Source: an uncultured bacterium
GTDB lineage: Bacteria > Verrucomicrobiota > Kiritimatiellia > CAIKKV01 > CAITUY01
Reading direction: 5' to 3'
NCBI GenBank assembly: GCA_903958395.1
Contig: CAJBSZ010000101.1
Span: forward strand, 3,894 to 67,893
DNA: 64,000 bases
Under the pieces are notes generated by a model. That model did not search any database and was not told where the DNA came from. It saw nothing but the letters and a program-made list of their open reading frames with translations. Made by a program: the position numbers and the translations under genes. Positions 18,842-28,002 of the stretch are shown here, in pieces. Position 1 is the stretch's first letter. Each line of letters begins with the position of its first letter.

Positions 18842-20251
18842 TCAATAGGCGTTGGTGCGAGCCGTAAGGGTGCGGAGCAGGATTTTGAAGTCGAAGGACA
18901 GGGACCAATTTTCCAGGTAATAGAGGTCGTACTTGATCCGTTCCTCGATACTGGTATTGCCCCTCAGCCCATTGACCTGGGCCCAGCCGGTCATGCCCGG
19001 TTTGGAGACATGCCGCCACATGTAACGGTCAATGTCATCCTTGAACTTTTCCACAAAGTGCGGCCGCTCCGGCCTCGGCCCGATCAGGCTCATGTCGCCC
19101 CGCAGCACATTCCAGAGTTGGGGCAGTTCGTCAATGTTTGTGGTGCGGAGGAAGGATCCGATCCGGGTCCGGCGAGGATCATTTTCAATGGTCCAGACGG
19201 GGCCCGTCTCCTTTTCGGCGTCGGTTCGCATGGTTCGGAGCTTGTAGATACTGAATTCCTTGCCGTTTTCACCGCATCGTTTCTGTTTGTAGAAAACAGG
19301 ACCTGGCGAGGAGCGTTTCACCAGCAGGGCAACCAGCGCGAGGAAGGGGGCGATGACCAAAAGGCCTGCAAAGGCACCGCAGATATCCTCTATGCGTTTG
19401 AGGATCCGGTTCCAGAAATAGTCCAGCGGCCACCGGCTGACCCCGAGGAGGGGAATGTCGTCGATGGTCTGCATGTCCATGCTTCCGGTCATGATGCGGA
19501 ACATGTCAGGCACCATGTTGAAGGTGATCATATTTCGCTCGCAGGCGAGGATGATTTCCAAAACCCGTTGGTGGCCGATATTGCTGTCGCTCAGGATGAT
19601 CTGGTCTGCGGGATGGGAATCGAGAATTGTGTCAAGCTCCTGAAGTTCGCCACGGATCAGGTAATTTGGTAAAGCAGGGTCGATTTGGGCCGTTCCGGAT
19701 CGGATGAATCCAACTACTTTTGAACGGAGGCGGGGATCCGCCTCCAATCCGCGTTTCAGATGAGCGGCAACATAGTCCGTTCCCACGATCAGAATGCGTT
19801 TGGACTGATGGCCCCGGCGCGCCAGTCGGATTTCGAACCGGAACAGAAGATAACGCTCAACCATAACAAAGACCATAATGGTCAGAAAAGAGAGCCCGAT
19901 CGTGAGACGCGAGATAGGCGGTTCGGTGCGGAAGGCGAAAGCCAATGCCGTGGTCAGGAGGATCCCGATTCCGATGGATCGGATGAGCCTCGGGATTTTT
20001 CCGGAAAAGCTGCCGAGCTGGGGGCGGACATAAAGGCCGAGGGATCGGAAAATAAAAAGGAATATGAGGGTGGCAATGGCGGAGCCCCAGCCATAGAGAA
20101 AGCACAGGTTGGGCGGCCAGCTGTCCACCCCGATAAGTCCGCTGTAGAAACGGAGCCAGATGGCCGCGACAAACCCGCAGAAAATGGCCAGGGCATCGGC
20201 GGTTACGGCCAAGCCGCTCGTCAGCGCATCCATGGTGTCGCGTATTCGCAT
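18842..20251 (-). CDS. polyprenyl-phosphate hexose-1-phosphate transferase (WbaP/bacterial sugar transferase family)
   Basis: C-terminal sugar-transferase domain ...DELPQLWNVLRGDMSLIGPRP...; 469 aa with N-terminal TM helices. Confidence 0.8.
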   Translation of the reverse strand: MRIRDTMDALTSGLAVTADALAIFCGFVAAIWLRFYSGLIGVDSWPPNLCFLYGWGSAIATLIFLFIFRSLGLYVRPQLGSFSGKIPRLIRSIGIGILLTTALAFAFRTEPPISRLTIGLSFLTIMVFVMVERYLLFRFEIRLARRGHQSKRILIVGTDYVAAHLKRGLEADPRLRSKVVGFIRSGTAQIDPALPNYLIRGELQELDTILDSHPADQIILSDSNIGHQRVLEIILACERNMITFNMVPDMFRIMTGSMDMQTIDDIPLLGVSRWPLDYFWNRILKRIEDICGAFAGLLVIAPFLALVALLVKRSSPGPVFYKQKRCGENGKEFSIYKLRTMRTDAEKETGPVWTIENDPRRTRIGSFLRTTNIDELPQLWNVLRGDMSLIGPRPERPHFVEKFKDDIDRYMWRHVSKPGMTGWAQVNGLRGNTSIEERIKYDLYYLENWSLSFDFKILLRTLTARTNAY

Positions 20252-20252
20252 G

Positions 20253-20609
20253 TCAGGAAGGAATCACCTTGATCTGGATGTTCCATTCCCTGGCCAGCCA
20301 GTCCATGAATTCTGCCTGTTCATGAGGAAGGGTGTCAGCAAGCGTTTCGGAGAGAACGGTTCCCAGAATGAGTTCGCGCGCGTCGGGATTGGTGATGGTT
20401 TTCAGGAAAGCCTTGAGCGCGCTCCGGTCGGGAAAAAGACTTTCTGCCTCATCCGCCAGTTCATGAAAAGTATCGTCGCCCAGTTCATCGACAATATCCT
20501 CTATCTGGGCCACCTCCATATCGGTAATGGTACGGTCACTGATGACGGCGACTTCCGTCAAGGCCACAAGGGCGAGTTGCTCATTACGGGACAGTTCTTT
20601 CAAGGTCAT
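20253..20609 (-). CDS. acidic hypothetical protein (possibly TerB-like)
   Basis: 118 aa, strongly acidic, with no diagnostic motif; 1-nt gap to wbaP suggests co-transcription. Confidence 0.4.
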   Translation of the reverse strand: MTLKELSRNEQLALVALTEVAVISDRTITDMEVAQIEDIVDELGDDTFHELADEAESLFPDRSALKAFLKTITNPDARELILGTVLSETLADTLPHEQAEFMDWLAREWNIQIKVIPS

Positions 20610-20683
20610 GGAGGTCCTTTCTTTTCGATTCAGTGCTCAAGGTAGCATGATTTTCACTGAACTGCATCATCGGAATCGCCGGG

Positions 20684-23014
20684 TTACTCCAGGATCTGGA
20701 TTTCGGTTTCCAGCCGGATTCCTGACCGGCTCTTGACTTCCGCCCGGGTGATTTCGAGCACGGCCATTACATCGGAAGCCCGGGCAAGAGGGGTCGTGAC
20801 GATGACGTTGGCATGGTTCAGGGAAATCGAGGCGCCGCCCACAGTGAAACCCTTCAGTCCGGCCTGTTCGATCAACTGTCCTGCAAAGCCGCCGGGTGGA
20901 TTTTTAAAAATCGAACCCGCGGACCTCAGTCCTTTCATCCAGGCTCGGCGTTGCACCAGTTCCGCCCGTTCCCGGGATATCGCGTCGGGATCTCCGGGCG
21001 TCAGTTGAAAGGCGGCCTCGATGATAATTTGGTCGCGTAAGGCTGGACAGGAGCGATAGCCGAAGTCCAGGTCATTGCGATTGATGACGACTATCCGGTC
21101 ATCACGGTCAATGAAACGTACCCAGGCCAGGGTATCGGCGATGGATTTTCCCCAGGCGCCTGCATTACCCCGAACGGCGCCGCCGACGGTTCCGGGAATG
21201 GACTCGAGGAATTCCAATCCAGTCAGGCCCTGATTCGCGCACTCGTTGAGAAGTTTTGGCAGGGATGTTCCCGCCCCTGCCACCACGAGGCCTTCGTGCG
21301 CCGAGACGCGACGGAAGGGTTCCCCGGTCAGGCGCGCCACAACACCCCGGACACCCAGATCACTAATGAGGACATTGCTTCCGCCCCCCAGGATCTGGAA
21401 GGGGATCATGGCGGAGCGGGTCCATTTTATAATGTTAAGGAGGTCGTCCTCAGTGGCCACTTCCATCCAGAGATCGGCATGGCCACCGACGCCCAGTGTG
21501 GTGCGGTTGGCCAGTGGTTCGCGGCCTTTGATCAGGGTGGACTGCAGGTCAATTTCACGGATAGCCCGGCTCACGGGGCTAATGAGGTCCTCGATGCGTT
21601 TGCGGCCCAGATCGTCGCGGGCCCAGCTGGCAATACGTTCCACATCGCCCGCGCCAATAACCAGGAACGCATCGCCGATCTGCAATTGGCCGCGACAATA
21701 GTCCCAGGCGTTGCGAAGGGATGGGGCCACTGTGATATTCAGGTCCGGATGTTTCCGGCAAAGGGCGTACAGATCCCAAATAGATCCACCCGCGAGCGGG
21801 GCTTCCGAGGCGGCATAGACCGGGCACAATACGACTTCGTCCAATCCTTTGAAGGCGGGCGGGAAGTCGGGGCCCAAAGCCCGTGTCCGGGTGTAGCGGT
21901 GCGGCTGAAACACCGCCAGAATTCGGGGTCGGTTCAGGCGGCTTGTTGCGTTGACCAGAGCGGCGATTTCGGAGGGATGGTGGGCATAATCGGAGATGAC
22001 AACGAGGTCGGCTCGGTCAATGATCCGTTCAAACCGGCGGCGGGGCAGTGCCACTTTGGCGAGAGCCTCCCGGAGTACCGGCAGGGGGATTTCGAGCTCA
22101 AGCCCTACAGCAAGGCTTGAGATGGCATTCAGGACATTGTGACGGCCCGGTGCGGGAACTGTGAAGAGCCCCAGTGGAGTCCCCCTCTGCGAGAGGCGGA
22201 ACTCTGTCGAGACGGGGGTTTCCCGGAGGACTTCGGCGCTCAAGGCGGCATCCTTTGAAAATCCGAATGAGGTGGCAAGCGGGTGGGCTCCGCAGATCTT
22301 GGCGGCACGGGGATCATCGGCGCAAAACAGAATTCGGCGGCGTGTTTGCAGGATAAAAGTCCGGAAGCACTCCTCAAAGGCGTCCACGCCGTCGAAATGT
22401 TCCATATGGTCGAACTCGACATTCGTGACCACGGCGATGTCCGGGGCATACAGGGCGAGGGTACCGTCGCTTTCATCGGCCTCCACGACGGTGAGGCCCC
22501 CCGTGCCGATTCCTGCAACCCCGCCCAGGGGCTCTGCCTCACCGCCGATGCAGAAGGAAGGCGCGCGGCCCGCTTGGGTCAGGATCTGGGCAATGAAGGA
22601 TGAGGTGGTGGTTTTGCCATGGGTTCCGGCCACCGCCACGAAAGGGGTGTCGGCCAGCAGGGCGGCAAGCACCTGGCCCCGCTTGAAGACGGGGATTCCG
22701 CGAGTTATCGCCGCCTGGATTTCGTCGGAGGTTTCAGGGACGGCGGCACTGCGGACAACCCACTGGACATCAGGGGTCAGATGGGCGGGGGCATGGCGCT
22801 CAACGACCGTGATGCCCCGTTCCCGGAGCCAGCCTGCGAGTTTGTTGATCATCAGGTCGCAGCCTGAAACGGTGAAGCCCCGTGCCTTGAGCAAAATGGC
22901 GAGGCCGGCCATGCCGATGCCGCAAATGCCCGCAAAATGAACATGGCCGGAGCCAGACTGGATCCGTTGCGACAAGTGGGGGAGTGAGTTTTGGAGACTG
23001 AAAGGAGTGGTCAT
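20684..23014 (-). CDS. murC-murB: fused UDP-N-acetylmuramate--L-alanine ligase / UDP-N-acetylenolpyruvoylglucosamine reductase (MurC-MurB)
   Basis: N-terminal MurC (HFAGICGIGMAGLA..., GTHGKTTT) spans ~470 aa; the C-terminal ~300 aa is MurB (FAD-binding GGGSN..., substrate domain). It is a single 776-aa ORF. Confidence 0.85.
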   Translation of the reverse strand: MTTPFSLQNSLPHLSQRIQSGSGHVHFAGICGIGMAGLAILLKARGFTVSGCDLMINKLAGWLRERGITVVERHAPAHLTPDVQWVVRSAAVPETSDEIQAAITRGIPVFKRGQVLAALLADTPFVAVAGTHGKTTTSSFIAQILTQAGRAPSFCIGGEAEPLGGVAGIGTGGLTVVEADESDGTLALYAPDIAVVTNVEFDHMEHFDGVDAFEECFRTFILQTRRRILFCADDPRAAKICGAHPLATSFGFSKDAALSAEVLRETPVSTEFRLSQRGTPLGLFTVPAPGRHNVLNAISSLAVGLELEIPLPVLREALAKVALPRRRFERIIDRADLVVISDYAHHPSEIAALVNATSRLNRPRILAVFQPHRYTRTRALGPDFPPAFKGLDEVVLCPVYAASEAPLAGGSIWDLYALCRKHPDLNITVAPSLRNAWDYCRGQLQIGDAFLVIGAGDVERIASWARDDLGRKRIEDLISPVSRAIREIDLQSTLIKGREPLANRTTLGVGGHADLWMEVATEDDLLNIIKWTRSAMIPFQILGGGSNVLISDLGVRGVVARLTGEPFRRVSAHEGLVVAGAGTSLPKLLNECANQGLTGLEFLESIPGTVGGAVRGNAGAWGKSIADTLAWVRFIDRDDRIVVINRNDLDFGYRSCPALRDQIIIEAAFQLTPGDPDAISRERAELVQRRAWMKGLRSAGSIFKNPPGGFAGQLIEQAGLKGFTVGGASISLNHANVIVTTPLARASDVMAVLEITRAEVKSRSGIRLETEIQILE

Positions 23015-23251
23015 CGTGGCTATGAAATTGTGTCTTCAACCGGAGTCATTGGCACATAGTATTATTATTGATATCCTGATCAATCACTTTTCGTATGCCA
23101 ACGATCACAATCTGGTGAAAGACGACAAATCTTCTGTTCCATTCTTCTGGATCGGCAGGTATTTAGAGGCGTCTGCCTTGGAATATTTGATGCCGCCGTT
23201 GACGGGAGAGGGTGGGCTCGGCTAAAGTGACCCGGTTTTGAGTTCGCCATT

Positions 23252-24367
23252 ATGAAGATTATTGACCGATATATTTTGAAGCAGTACCTCGTTCCCTTCG
23301 GGTACATTCTGGGCACGTTCAGCCTGCTTTACATCATTTTGGATTTATTTGACCGGTTTTCTGATTTTGTGGCCGTCAAGGCGGATGCCCTGGATATCCT
23401 GCTATACTACGGCTATTTCCTGTTCAAGGTGAACGGGTTCGTTCCGTTTCTGGTCATGGTGCTTCCCATTGCGATGCTGCTCGCCACGCTGTACACCCTG
23501 ACGCTGTTCGCCCGGCATAATGAGCTTACGGCCATGTGCGCCAGCGGAGTCAGCCTGCGCCGCCTGATGGTACCCCTGATGGTTGTCGGGTTGCTCGCCA
23601 GTTTGTTCGGTGCCGTGGTTCAGGAAACCATAGGGCCGGTGGCAACACGCTGGATTGCAAACTACACTAAACAGGTGCTGAAGCGTTCGAGCGATTCGTC
23701 CTTTGTTGTGAGGGATTACCTGTATCATTCAGGAACTGCGAACCGGCAATGGTTGATTAAGGAACTTGATCAGCGAACACCCACCGTTCTGAAGGGTGTC
23801 AAGGTTACGCATGAACGGCCGGATCGTTCGCTGGTTAGGGAAATCACGGCGGATCGTGCCGAATGGATGGATGGGTCCTGGTGGTTTTACGGGGTGCGCC
23901 AGCGGGATTACAACGAAAAGAGCGATCCAGTCGGAGCCCAGACCGAGGTGTTGGATAAGCCTATTGAAATGACGGACTATGACGAGCAGCCTGATGATTT
24001 CATCAACGAACTCAAGGATGTGGACTTTCTCTCCACAGCCGATATGGTCCGCTCCATTCAAAAGCGGCCGGATGTCTCCGGGCGATGGCTGGCAAAGCGG
24101 TTGACTGACATCAATTCCCGGGTGGCAATGCCCTGGTCCTGCCTGGTTCTGATTTTGTTGGGGCTGCCTGCCGCCCTCGGAGGGGGACGACAGTCGGCAA
24201 TGCGAAGTGTGGCCTTCGGGGTGGTCGCTTTGTTTGCCTTCTATGTGCTGATCCAGATGGGGATGATTCTTGGCAAGCGGGAGCTCATTTCCCCCTGGCT
24301 TGCCGGCTGGCTCCCGAATCTTACATTTCTGGGGATTGGCGGCTGGCTGACCTGGCGGTTGCGATAG
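23252..24367 (+). CDS. LptF/LptG-family LPS export permease (second copy)
   Basis: MKIIDRYILKQYL... is the canonical LptF/G N-terminus; 371 aa with the same topology as the first copy. Confidence 0.7.
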   Translation: MKIIDRYILKQYLVPFGYILGTFSLLYIILDLFDRFSDFVAVKADALDILLYYGYFLFKVNGFVPFLVMVLPIAMLLATLYTLTLFARHNELTAMCASGVSLRRLMVPLMVVGLLASLFGAVVQETIGPVATRWIANYTKQVLKRSSDSSFVVRDYLYHSGTANRQWLIKELDQRTPTVLKGVKVTHERPDRSLVREITADRAEWMDGSWWFYGVRQRDYNEKSDPVGAQTEVLDKPIEMTDYDEQPDDFINELKDVDFLSTADMVRSIQKRPDVSGRWLAKRLTDINSRVAMPWSCLVLILLGLPAALGGGRQSAMRSVAFGVVALFAFYVLIQMGMILGKRELISPWLAGWLPNLTFLGIGGWLTWRLR

Positions 24368-25178
24368 TCGACAGCTTCTTTTTGAGCGTCCACACCAGAA
24401 GGGAAATGCCGCCCAGAGCGAGCATCGCGAGGGTGATCTGTGCGATGGAATGAGCCAGGGTTTCCTTGCTGAACCCCTTCCCCAAGCCGCTCCCGATTGC
24501 TGCCACCAGGGCGGAACTGGGCAGATATCCCAAAAAAGAACCCAGCAGGAAATACCGGTGCTTAACCGGAGTCAGCCCCAGAATGAGATTGGGAACCACT
24601 CCAGCAATGGGAAGCTGGCGCACCAGGAAGATGGTGAACGTCGAGGGCTTCTTGAGCAGATCGCGCAGTCGACGGTTCTTTTCGATACGCTTCATCACCC
24701 AGTCCCGTCCACCCCAGCGGGCAAAGATAAAGGTGGTGTAGGAGCCGAAAAGGGCGGAGAGCTGACCGACGATGAAACCGGTTTGAAACCCGAACAGGAC
24801 GGCCGCCAGGCCGCACAGGAACATACGGGGAATGCCGATGGCAATCAGGCCGGTGCTGACCAGAAAGAATAATGTGGACGCCCAGATCCCGAAGTGCTGG
24901 ATGGTGTGCTTCCAGGCCTGATCGTTGGTGAGTTTCTGCAGGGGTGTGAAATGCACGATGGCGATGCAGACCACCACCACCAGCGCCATGAGTAGAAGTT
25001 TCTGTTCCGATTTTCCGGCTGACTCCGCAACCTCGAGTTCCAGTTCAATGGGGACCGGATCCGGCTCATCCGAAGGAGTGGGCGTGGGTGGCGTCGTTGA
25101 TGACCCCGGCGGAGAATTGGGTGTGGCTCCCTCAAATGTTGAAGGATCCGTGTTTCGTTCATCAAATTCTTCGCTCAT
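24321..25178 (-). CDS. DedA/TVP38/TMEM64-family membrane protein
   Basis: Pro/Thr-rich N-terminus followed by the SNARE-associated/DedA core; start placed at the internal ATG 25178. Confidence 0.7.
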   Translation of the reverse strand: MSEEFDERNTDPSTFEGATPNSPPGSSTTPPTPTPSDEPDPVPIELELEVAESAGKSEQKLLLMALVVVVCIAIVHFTPLQKLTNDQAWKHTIQHFGIWASTLFFLVSTGLIAIGIPRMFLCGLAAVLFGFQTGFIVGQLSALFGSYTTFIFARWGGRDWVMKRIEKNRRLRDLLKKPSTFTIFLVRQLPIAGVVPNLILGLTPVKHRYFLLGSFLGYLPSSALVAAIGSGLGKGFSKETLAHSIAQITLAMLALGGISLLVWTLKKKLSTIATARSASRQSPEM

Positions 25179-25180
25179 GG

Positions 25181-27553
25181 TTATTTGTCCCTCGCCAGGA
25201 TGTGGATTGCGACCCACTTCCCCTGAGAATAGTTGAAGCCCGGGATGATATCCAGCGTTTGAATTCCAGGGGTGTTCAAGGCCTCCCGGAAGGGGTTCAG
25301 TCGGGTTTCCGTGACGACCAGGATTCCTTTCCCGGGTGCCGCCGCCCAGGCCGGGAGGTCGGGCCCCTCGAGGGAAATGAGGGGCGCTTTCCTGCCCAGA
25401 TAAAAATTCAGGCTCGGTTCGCCGTACCCGCAGGTGGTTACCGGGGTGTCCGGGCTGGCTTGTTCCTGGATAAAAGACGCGATGAGCGGTGCCACTTTAT
25501 AGGATTCCACTGCGGGGAGCAGGAACAATGCGGTGGAAAGAAAAGCCGTCATCATGCCCGCGATCAGGATTCCGGCCACCGTCCCGTGTCGGGCGCGCTG
25601 GTAATGTCGCCACACCAGAAAGACCATGGTGAGAAAAATGACTCCGACTCCCGTGGCGGGAACTCGTACTCCGAAAACTGGGAGGAACCAGGGTACGCTG
25701 ATCAGGGCGAGGCCGAGACTGAGGCCGACCAGAAGAAATAGACCGAGCCCGATCCGGGCGGCAAGGGTTCGGTTTCCGGCCAGCCCCTCACTCATGGCCC
25801 GCTGAAGTCCCAGCGCCGTGGCAATGGCCAGCGCCGGCCAGGCGGGCAGGATGTAGTGGGGCAGTTTGGTCGCCACCAGACTCATCAGGAGAATGACCGG
25901 CACTCCCCAGCAGAGAAGAAGTTTTCTCCCGCTCCCTTCAGGGGAGCGGGTTGGGGTGAGGATGCTGCGTCCGGAAAAGAGTCGCGGCAGATAGAGTGTC
26001 CATGGGAAAAAAGCTAGGAGAATGACCGGCAGATAATAGAAATAAAACACAAAGGACTGTCCGCCGTGGCTTTCCATGGCATTCAGGGAGCGGGCGACGA
26101 CATGTTTCCCAATACCCAGACGCAGAAACTCGCCGTTGGTTGCGGCATTGGCCGGAAGGCCCCACGCCAAAAACAACACCGTGGCCGATGCCACGGCGAA
26201 GATAAGCCATCCCAGATAAGGGAGCGGACGGAGAACTCCTCCTTTGGCAAAGATCATGATGGCGGCTATGACCAGGAGCGGGACGGCTAGCCCAACCGGG
26301 CCTTTTGTCAGGATGGCCCCCGCCAGCGCGAGGATCATCAGGGGAAGGTGCCAGACCTTGAATCCCCGGAACCATGACAATAGGAAGGTTGAGATGGCCC
26401 CGGTGATGCAGGCGAGGAGCAGGGCGTCGGTTGTGGCGGCGGTTCCGCTGACGGCCATGAGGGGGGAGAGCATCAGGATCAGGCCTGCTATGAGGGCCGG
26501 CTTGGGGCCGGTCAGGCGGCGGGCAATCCAGACTGTGAGCAGGGCTGTGATCAGCGTGGCGATGGGCGCTACCAGGCGGCAGGCCAGTTCGGAGGGGCCG
26601 AGGAGGCGGACCGGCAGTGACATGAGCCAGTAGATCAGGATGGGTTTATCGGCCCGCAACTGGCCATTGAAGGTGGGGACGAGATAGTTTCCGGATTCCA
26701 CCATCTCGACGGTCGCACGCGAAAACCGGGGCTCATCGCGATCCCACAGCGACGAGGCGGCGCAGAGCGAGAGGTAGAGAGTGAAAATGAGTGCGAAAAG
26801 CAAAATGGAACTTCGCATGGGTTTTTTCTGCCATGCAGGAAAAAGACGGGCGATCAACAGGAAGCCGCCCAGTGGGCCCCAGATTCGAAGGAAATCCAGA
26901 ACAAAGGGCGTGGCGCGGGCCCAGGCGAGGTTGATGACAGCAAAGGCGATAATCAGAATTCCGGCGATGAAAAACCAGCGGCGGGGCGGCCGCCAGTGCC
27001 ACCTTCGAAGAATGGCCAGGGCGACGGCGGAGGCGATCAGGCCGAGCGCGGCGCCCGTGAGGGCATCACTGGGGAAATGCCGGCCGTCATAGATCCGGCC
27101 GGTGATCACGCCGCCCGTGATCACGGCGGCGAGGGGTGCGGTCCACGGCGAAGCAGTCAGTAGGGGGGCGCAGAAAGCGGCGGCCGTGGCGACATCTCCG
27201 CTGGGAAATGACTCATCATTTGTAAAGGCCGGGCGTTCGCGTCCTACAACGATTTTGAGAGGTGTGACCAGAATGGCGACCACGCCGAGAGCCAGCAGGA
27301 TGTGCATCGCTTTCCGACGTGCCCCGGCCACTCCCAATGCAGCAATGATGAGGAGAATGACGTCGCCTTTCCCGAAAGGGCGGACGAGATTCAGGAGTTC
27401 CTGGACAATATGGATTTTTCCAACCCGGTGGGAAAAGGTTCGCAGGGTCTGGTAGATAGCGGAATCAAGCGGAAAAATCAGAGCCGCAACCGCCAGCAGG
27501 AGGGCGGCGGGCAGAAGGTAAGACACATAGACTGATTTAACCGGTTGCTTCAT
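25181..27553 (-). CDS. fusion protein: N-terminal PAP2 phosphatase + C-terminal ArnT-like (GT83) glycosyltransferase
   Basis: Residues ~90-170 carry the PAP2 motifs (RERPAF, PSGD, GRHFPSDA). The remaining ~600 aa form an ArnT-type GT-C with an ...RDEPRFSRATVEM... N-terminal motif and many TM helices. Confidence 0.7.
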   Translation of the reverse strand: MKQPVKSVYVSYLLPAALLLAVAALIFPLDSAIYQTLRTFSHRVGKIHIVQELLNLVRPFGKGDVILLIIAALGVAGARRKAMHILLALGVVAILVTPLKIVVGRERPAFTNDESFPSGDVATAAAFCAPLLTASPWTAPLAAVITGGVITGRIYDGRHFPSDALTGAALGLIASAVALAILRRWHWRPPRRWFFIAGILIIAFAVINLAWARATPFVLDFLRIWGPLGGFLLIARLFPAWQKKPMRSSILLFALIFTLYLSLCAASSLWDRDEPRFSRATVEMVESGNYLVPTFNGQLRADKPILIYWLMSLPVRLLGPSELACRLVAPIATLITALLTVWIARRLTGPKPALIAGLILMLSPLMAVSGTAATTDALLLACITGAISTFLLSWFRGFKVWHLPLMILALAGAILTKGPVGLAVPLLVIAAIMIFAKGGVLRPLPYLGWLIFAVASATVLFLAWGLPANAATNGEFLRLGIGKHVVARSLNAMESHGGQSFVFYFYYLPVILLAFFPWTLYLPRLFSGRSILTPTRSPEGSGRKLLLCWGVPVILLMSLVATKLPHYILPAWPALAIATALGLQRAMSEGLAGNRTLAARIGLGLFLLVGLSLGLALISVPWFLPVFGVRVPATGVGVIFLTMVFLVWRHYQRARHGTVAGILIAGMMTAFLSTALFLLPAVESYKVAPLIASFIQEQASPDTPVTTCGYGEPSLNFYLGRKAPLISLEGPDLPAWAAAPGKGILVVTETRLNPFREALNTPGIQTLDIIPGFNYSQGKWVAIHILARDK

Positions 27554-27703
27554 AAACCCCCAATCAAACCATGGGTGGCGTCAGAGTCAAGGAAATCAAT
27601 TTATATGATATTGACTTGGGGGGTGTTTCTGGGCATGGTGTGCGCCCGTGCATTCCGGTGCATCTGTGTATTGAAGCAATGTATTGAGAGGGAAGGTGTT
27701 GCC

Positions 27704-27889
27704 ATGTCTGGAAAAGGTGTAGATACCCGTATGGGACGGCCTGTTAAGGGTGCGTCCGACAAGAAGCGTCGCGAAAAGGTTCAAGCTCTCCGTTTGATCG
27801 GGTTGGGTGTTCCTGAAGCAACGGTGAAGAAGATGAATCCGACCGAGGTTCGCACGATGTTGAAGCGGCCGGCCAAGTTGAAAAAGTAA
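27704..27889 (+). CDS. small Lys/Arg-rich protein (61 aa), function unknown
   Basis: GGGAAGG RBS-like sequence upstream of the ATG and a strong intrinsic terminator directly downstream; very basic composition. Confidence 0.4.
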   Translation: MSGKGVDTRMGRPVKGASDKKRREKVQALRLIGLGVPEATVKKMNPTEVRTMLKRPAKLKK

Positions 27890-27917
27890 TAGAGGCCGTT
27901 TTCTTCGAAATCGATCC

Positions 27918-27955
27918 GCCAGCCTGACCGCTCCGGTCAGTCTGGCGTTTTTTTG
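27918..27955 (+). terminator. rho-independent terminator
   Basis: GCCAGCCTGACCG-ctc-CGGTCAGTCTGGC hairpin (one mismatch) followed by TTTTTTT. Confidence 0.7.
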
Positions 27956-28002
27956 TTTCATTCCCCGGATTCTGTGGCGTACTCTATAGCAGAGTGTGAT
28001 CC

